Shown one piece after another: positions 58,611 to 64,000 of a stretch of 64,000 bases of DNA (within the stretch, counting starts at the first letter, position 1; the number at the start of each line of letters is the position of its first letter). This DNA comes from Blastocladiella emersonii ATCC 22665 (Eukaryota > Fungi > Blastocladiomycota). The notes under the pieces were generated by a model, which ran no database searches, was not told the origin of the DNA, and saw only the letters and a list, made by a program, of their open reading frames with translations. The position numbers and the translations under genes were made by a program. The DNA is taken from positions 930,001 to 994,000 of the forward strand of contig JANHCV010000008.1 in assembly GCA_025594325.1 (NCBI GenBank). The letters run 5' to 3'.

Positions 58611-59322
58611 CAGCGGCGCGCGTGTGGGTCCTGGCGTCGGGCGAGCGAGCGGCGCGCGTGGGCGCGGGGCGACCGGTCGAATTATGACGCGATAAATCAT
58701 TATTCCGCATCTCGTGACTCTCGTGACTCCATGACGGTGAAAGCAACTGATCTATTACGATATGAACATACGCGGTCACGCCGGCGGCACGTGACCCATG
58801 CCATCCAACCATCAGAATGGGCATTGGGATGCACATCGTAGCCCTGTTCGCGCGTGGTACGCGCCCGGCCATCACTTGATCCCAGTCGGTACCAAAACAA
58901 GTCATACGGGTCCAAACGGGACCAATCGGGGCCGATTGCAATCAATTGAGCCGCCTCGCCCAACTGAGGCCATATCAGCCCAATTGAGCCCGAGTTCGAC
59001 CGTTATGAAAACCCCAATTCGGCCGCCGCTCGCATGAACGCAATTGAGGCCCAATTCGCGCCAATTTGGGTGCTCCGGGTTTTGTGATGCGCGCTTTACT
59101 GTGACGCTTGCAAGTGGGAGTGAGCGGTTGAGTGAAGAATATTTCTGCCTCGGCAGGTGCGGGGCGAACTTCTTTGTTGCGCAGCACGCCTACGTTGATA
59201 TTGATACTGAGCGGATGCTTGCCTTGCGAATCGGTCGCGAAGCGCCACACCCGTGAAGTTGAGCCACTTGCTCGCACCGCAAGATTTTTTAGCGTTCGTC
59301 GCTCGCGCCGCGGCCACCGCTG

Positions 59323-60840
59323 GTGCATGCACTCTCGAACCCTCACCATCCCCATGATATGACGATGCAGACTTCTTGCAATGTATTTAGCACCATGGAA
59401 GACAATCTTATGCAGGCGATGAGCGTGCGCTTGTCGCTTATCCACACTGGGCTTGCGGCCCGCCTGCAATCAGCTCCGCGCAACACCGCCCCTGCCCGCT
59501 TATCGTCCACTGATTCTGAGCGCAAAGCTCAAGGTCCAGCATACGAAGTGCTTTCAGATCGACCACTATGCATCCAGGCGTCAGCCTCACTTGTGGTCTT
59601 GCAGCGCCCGATTCCGCATCAAGATCTGCAGACCCCAGCTTTGTCCGACTCGCTTGCTGTCGAGGCTTCGCACACAATCAAAACACGTACTTTTTCCGTT
59701 TCCAACGACTTACATCAAGGCTTTGAGCAAGGCGAGCTCACGGATGCAGACTCGGACGCTTGCGACAAGCCACCGTCCGCTCAAAGGAAAAAACAATCTC
59801 TCCCTCGCGCTCTCCGGTCTCCACGCGCGCAGGTATCAGAGAAAACCTTCAATTCCGCTGCTCAAGGTCACAGTGCAGCTTATGAATCCGCGCTTTGCGA
59901 GTCGCTCCGCCGAGAGGGCGTGGTTCTTCAAGTGACGAGCGCGATGGACACTCGCGCCGTTCTCTGCGCTGGAATAGCCTTTGTAGACAAGCTGCGCCGC
60001 TTCAAGCCGAACTTGGAACTTGTGACCCTGCTACTCAGCGCGTTCAAGTGCGTGCCGCGGCCCGTGTACCACATCTACGCGGTCTTCCTGCGCAAGGGCA
60101 TGCCGAATGCGATGGCGGAGCAAGTCTTCTTTGACGCCCTAGACCCCGCCTGGAAGCGAGTCTGGGTTGAACGGTGGCTCAGGCTCCAGCCAAAGCGTGG
60201 CGAATCCGTCTGGAACTTTTACTCTGCGTTCCGCGCCATCTTGTCCGAGGCGATGGACTTGAACCGCGACCCCGACGTTCTTGCCTCGCGCCAGCTAAAG
60301 CACATTTTCGCCGAGCGTGTCTACTCGAGCCTTAGCAACGCGCCCGATTCGGTGCGAACTCTCATCGCTGACGAACACGCGACACTCGAAGACTTGGCTT
60401 CCACGTTCGCCAACTGCACAGTGGCTCGCGTTCCTTTGACAAAGCGCGGGATCGACGCCGTCTGTAGCTTCTGCTCGGAGGTCCCGTACCTCCGCAACAC
60501 TAGCACCACGCATTCCACTGAGACGTGCGGGCAGTTTGGCCACATGCAAGTCCACGCACGCGTCGTGCTCGCCGCGCTTGCGGCAACTGGGCTAAGGGTC
60601 CCGGCCATGCCACCACGCGCGGAATTCTCAGCCAGCTGGGCCTTGAACTTGACTGCGCGAACGCTCGAGGCGTTTCGCGAGGCGGCGGACACCGCGCGAT
60701 TGTCAGTTGAGCGCATGACGGCTGTCACCCACGCACGCGACTTGCTCCATGTTTTGATATCGCTTGAGATCCCTCAGTCTAGGAAGCTGATTGCAATGCA
60801 CGGACTTTGGATTCACGTCGTTACGTACAAGCGCCCCTAG
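59323..60840 (+). CDS. Gag-like capsid / zinc-knuckle protein (505 aa, subfamily II)
   Basis: LMQAMSVRLSLI, WVERWLRLQPKRGESVWNFYSAFRAIL (the best Gag-like signature in the window), ATLEDLA, CSFC-x12-HSTETC. Confidence 0.85.
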   Translation: MHALSNPHHPHDMTMQTSCNVFSTMEDNLMQAMSVRLSLIHTGLAARLQSAPRNTAPARLSSTDSERKAQGPAYEVLSDRPLCIQASASLVVLQRPIPHQDLQTPALSDSLAVEASHTIKTRTFSVSNDLHQGFEQGELTDADSDACDKPPSAQRKKQSLPRALRSPRAQVSEKTFNSAAQGHSAAYESALCESLRREGVVLQVTSAMDTRAVLCAGIAFVDKLRRFKPNLELVTLLLSAFKCVPRPVYHIYAVFLRKGMPNAMAEQVFFDALDPAWKRVWVERWLRLQPKRGESVWNFYSAFRAILSEAMDLNRDPDVLASRQLKHIFAERVYSSLSNAPDSVRTLIADEHATLEDLASTFANCTVARVPLTKRGIDAVCSFCSEVPYLRNTSTTHSTETCGQFGHMQVHARVVLAALAATGLRVPAMPPRAEFSASWALNLTARTLEAFREAADTARLSVERMTAVTHARDLLHVLISLEIPQSRKLIAMHGLWIHVVTYKRP

Positions 60841-61147
60841 CCTCAACGATTACTCAGGCGTGCTACCTGCTGCATGTGATCAAGGAAAACAGTATTCATC
60901 TATGCGGATCGTTCGAATGCAATGAAATACATAGTTAATCTGAGTCGAGTCCAATCGCCGCGAGGGATCGCGAGGCGACTACCCGTCCATTGAATGAGTG
61001 GCACGGCCTGGGCCCTGACGCTCGCGCAGCGCCACACCACGTGAGGATCAGCCACTGGATCCCACCGCAAGCTTTGGTTGCGTTCGTGCGTTCGGACTGC
61101 GGCCACAGCTGGTGTCCTCGCTCTTGAACCCTCGCCACACCCACGAC

Positions 61148-62609
61148 ATGACCGTGGAGACTTCTTGCAATGTATTCAGCACCACGGGAACCGGACACTT
61201 ACAGGCCATGAACGCGCGCCTGTCGCTCATACACCTTGCGCAACTCGACTGCTTGCATCGACGCGACTGATCAGCCTCCGCTGATGGGCTCTGTGCTCCG
61301 GGAAGTGGTGCGGGACTGTTTAGCAAGGCTGGATCGACCGCTTTGCGCGAAATCCTCGACTCCACTTGAGGGCTTACTCCCAGCTCCATTTCTGACGCCT
61401 CGAACACCAACACCGCTCGATCACACCATCAATGCAGCTTCTCAATAGACTGAATATCATGCGATCCGGGCGCCGAACGAGCGATCTGAGCCCCTCGAGC
61501 CGGGCGAAATCGATGAATCGACAGCTTCCCCTCGAACACCTGTCCAACCCGAACAGCCCTCGACCGCTGGCAAAATTCAGCTTTCACGTGAAGCTGCCAT
61601 GCAGCGGAAATCTGACCACGCGTCCCAATATCGCGGTGCTGCGTTTGACTCGGCGCTCTGCAAGTCGCTTCGCAAAAACGGGCCAGCGCTTTGTGTGAAC
61701 AGGGTAATGGACGCATACGGCTTACGACGAGCTGGTTCCGCCTTCGTTGACCGGCTTCGTCACTTTGCGCCCAACTTTGACCTCCCGAGCTTTCAGCTGA
61801 GCGCGTTAAATTGCGTGTCGCGGTCCGTGTACCACGTCTACTCGGTCGTTCTGCGCGAGGGCATGTCCGACGATACGGCCAAGCAAGTTTTTCTCAACGC
61901 CTTAGACCCGACCTGGAAGCGGGACAGGGTTGAGCGGTGGATAGCGCTCGGCCCACGGCCCGGCGAGCTCGTGTGGGGCTTTTATGTCGCCTTCTGCGCC
62001 ATGCTGGGCGAGGAACTCGATCTTGTCCAGGAGCCTCGTCGCATTGACGCATGCCAGTTCAAGCGGATCTTCGTGGAGCGGGTACACGCCAAAATCAGCT
62101 ATGCGCCCAACTCGATCCGATACCTCGTCTACAACAAGCGCACGTCGCTCGAGAATCTGGCCGCCGCGATCTCGGAGTGCGCAGGCGAGCGCGACATGCA
62201 GGCAGCACGAAAGAGGCTAGCCGGGTGCGGGTTCTGCTTGAGAGTCCCGTACCTCCTCCTAAAGTGCACGAAGCACCCTCTCGAAGCATGCATGCAGCTG
62301 GACAAAGTGAGCCTCCACTCACGCGTCATCCTTGACGCGCTCGACGAGACTAGGATCGCTCTTCCTCGCGCGGCGCTTGGCGCGGTGCAATCGGCCAGCT
62401 GGGCCCAAGATTTGACTGTTCACTTACTCGAGCAGTTCCGTGACGCGGCGCTTCCCAAGAATATGGCTGCCCGCGACGTGATGGCTGTCAGGCATTCTCG
62501 CGAGTTGCTTCGCGCCCTGACCTCAGCTGAACTCTTGCCAGCGAGGAAAGGGGTCGTGATGTATAACCTGCGGATTCGCGTAGAATCGATATGGCGTCCA
62601 CGAGTGTAG
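61148..62609 (+). pseudogene. Tandem duplicate of 59323 with a frameshifted leader
   Basis: MTVETSCNVFSTTGTGHLQAMNARLSLIH stops at about 61268. The core is intact in ORF 61599-62609 (RVERWIALGPRPGELVWGFY, CGFC-x12-HPLEAC). The upstream DNA resembles 59230-59390. Confidence 0.8.
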
Positions 62610-62920
62610 CGGTTTGTGGCCGTTTCTTCTCCGCCGCATGAGTTTCCTGAACAAGTTCGTGAGCGTTCCTCATTCAGATATCGAATAAAAACCTAACGCC
62701 GTAAAGAATGACCTGGCGCGTCAGTTACAGCGGTGAGACCAGCGCGGTGGTCATGTCCACGTGCTGCATGTGATGCGGGTGGGCCTTGCCAGGGGTGGCC
62801 TTGTGCCAGGGGTTTGGCTTCCCACGGACACGGCCGGCCCCGAGGCGCCCAACTCGGCCGCCCTCGCTCTCCATCTCCTCGCGCTATCACAGATGAACTG
62901 CCCATGTAACTCGATGCAAG

Positions 62921-64000
62921 ATGGAACTTGATGCATCTAAATGCGATCTTTATGCTTCCGCGGACTCGCTCGTTAAGTCCGCCCTGGACGAAGGTCGGTT
63001 GCCCGACGACCGCAGCTTGGTCGAGCTCCGTTCCTCAACCTTGCTCAAGGCTATGAACTTGCGAATTGAGTTGATCCGCGCCGCCCTTGCGTCACGCTGC
63101 CCGCTATCCACTGGGGAGTCGGTGTCTGACCTGCAAGCCCGTGCACAAACCGCTGCCGCGTTGCTTCGCGAGATCGAAGCGCTCGGTGTCTCGATCGACG
63201 CACGGCTCTCGGCAACGAAATGTGATTCGAGCCGGCGACCAGAACCAGCGCCGCGTGCCGGCCGCTCCGCTACTACTGCGCAGTGCATTCCCAGCCCGCG
63301 AACGTCCCCTGAGCGACGCGCACCCGTCTCTTCTCCCACTTGCGACCTCGAAGCCCGCGATGAACGCGACGCGTTGTATTTTCGCTACCGCAGCACCGAC
63401 ATTCCAGAATCGCGGATCTGCTGGAACGCCGAACTTTTTGTTAAACGCCTGCGCGCCGTGGCGCCCGACGCGCCGCTTGCCGCGTTGCTGTTCGCGTCGC
63501 GGTCCCGCTTGCCGCCTGACTTGTACACGGTCCTCCTTGCGCTGTTGCGCCCTAGCATGCCCGACACCGAGGCCGAGCACGCGTTCCTCCGTGCCTCGCT
63601 ACCCGACTGGAACTGCCGGTGGGTCCGCGAGTGGCTCACTCTTGGGCCACGGTCGCGCAACGGGATCAGCGCGTTCCAGGCCGACTTCCGCTTCTGGCTC
63701 CGCCGGGTGACGCAGATCGTACCCGCGGTCGAGCGCGAGTTCCACCTCAAGATGCTGTTTATGCGGCGAATTGAGGAACGGCTCGCGTGGACCGCCGAGT
63801 CGGTGCGCCGCATCGTCGACGACGAGAGCGGCTCGATCGTCGATATTGTCGTAGAGTACAACCGGCTTCTGCGTGTGGAGCGGGGCGAGGAGACCGAGCC
63901 ACGTCCCCTCGGCTTGCGCGCACCGCCTGTTCCTCCAGCCCCGCAACCTCGGGCTTCGCCACCTTCACCACGACCGCGCCCACGTTCGAGTTCAAGATCG
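62921..64000 (+). CDS. Gag-like protein, close paralogue of 31328, runs off the window end
   Basis: My translation from ATG 62921 reads MELDASKCDLYASADSLVKSAL...LLKAMNLRIELI...WVREWLTLGPRSRNGISAFQADF and stays open to 64000, so it is absent from the ORF track. Confidence 0.85.
   Translation, partial: MELDASKCDLYASADSLVKSALDEGRLPDDRSLVELRSSTLLKAMNLRIELIRAALASRCPLSTGESVSDLQARAQTAAALLREIEALGVSIDARLSATKCDSSRRPEPAPRAGRSATTAQCIPSPRTSPERRAPVSSPTCDLEARDERDALYFRYRSTDIPESRICWNAELFVKRLRAVAPDAPLAALLFASRSRLPPDLYTVLLALLRPSMPDTEAEHAFLRASLPDWNCRWVREWLTLGPRSRNGISAFQADFRFWLRRVTQIVPAVEREFHLKMLFMRRIEERLAWTAESVRRIVDDESGSIVDIVVEYNRLLRVERGEETEPRPLGLRAPPVPPAPQPRASPPSPRPRPRSSSRS

Larger units (their letters stand above)
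51747..59089. mobile_element. Element B: CACTA/Plavaka-type TIR transposon (defective), containing nested element C
   Basis: TIR CATCACAAAACCCGGA / TCCGGGTTTTGTGATG, 2-bp TSD CG, and CCAATTG/AATTGAG subterminal repeats at 51780-51910 and 58920-59070. Confidence 0.85.

Noticed and set aside
89-64000. Intact LTR retrotransposons or a provirus as the source of the Gag-like ORFs
   Set aside because: I found no protease, RT (YxDD), RNase H, integrase, LTR pair, PBS or PPT, and the intergenic gaps are too short to hold pol.
89-64000. Giant-virus or Starship-type cargo region
   Set aside because: I recognised no NCLDV core gene or tyrosine-recombinase captain in this window. It cannot be excluded beyond the window edges.
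1582-64000. Numerous long antisense or shadow ORFs (e.g. 4021-5127, 5586-6734, 31801-33459, 23376-24293, 23966-24979)
   Set aside because: Expected in high-GC DNA. They are Arg/Ala/Gly-rich, overlap better-supported genes or repeats, and carry no motifs.
1-64000. tRNA or rRNA genes
   Set aside because: I recognised no cloverleaf or rRNA signature by eye. tRNAscan-SE or Infernal would be needed to exclude them fully.

Overview
GC-rich eukaryotic DNA with short spliceosomal introns (GTACG/GTRYG donors, CTRAC-like branch points, YAG acceptors). It is probably fungal, possibly an early-diverging lineage, but the taxon cannot be fixed from sequence alone. The window is dominated by a tandem family of about 16 mostly intronless, nearly all plus-strand genes: 9 intact, 1 running off the end, the rest frameshifted, truncated or TE-split. 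Each encodes an N-terminal LLxxMNLRLxLI helix, an S/P or RS-rich linker, a retrotransposon-Gag-like capsid core (W..RWLxLxPxxGESVxxFYxxF), an enlarged CCHC knuckle (C-x2-C-x11..24-H-x4-C) and a helical C-terminal domain. There is no protease, RT, integrase or LTR. Several array genes, and some unrelated neighbours (three F-box-like genes, small coiled-coil genes, one leader-swapped chimera), carry one or both of two shared DNA elements: a composite upstream motif (GACGCGT-N3-GATATCATGTGA) and an ACTYBATGCAA motif near the start. Interspersed are three defective CACTA/Plavaka-type TIR elements with 2-bp TSDs (one splits a Gag-like gene, one is nested in another) and three Helentron/Helitron2-like elements (two inverted copies enclose three Gag-like genes). 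All protein family assignments are by-eye motif recognition and need HMM or structure confirmation.
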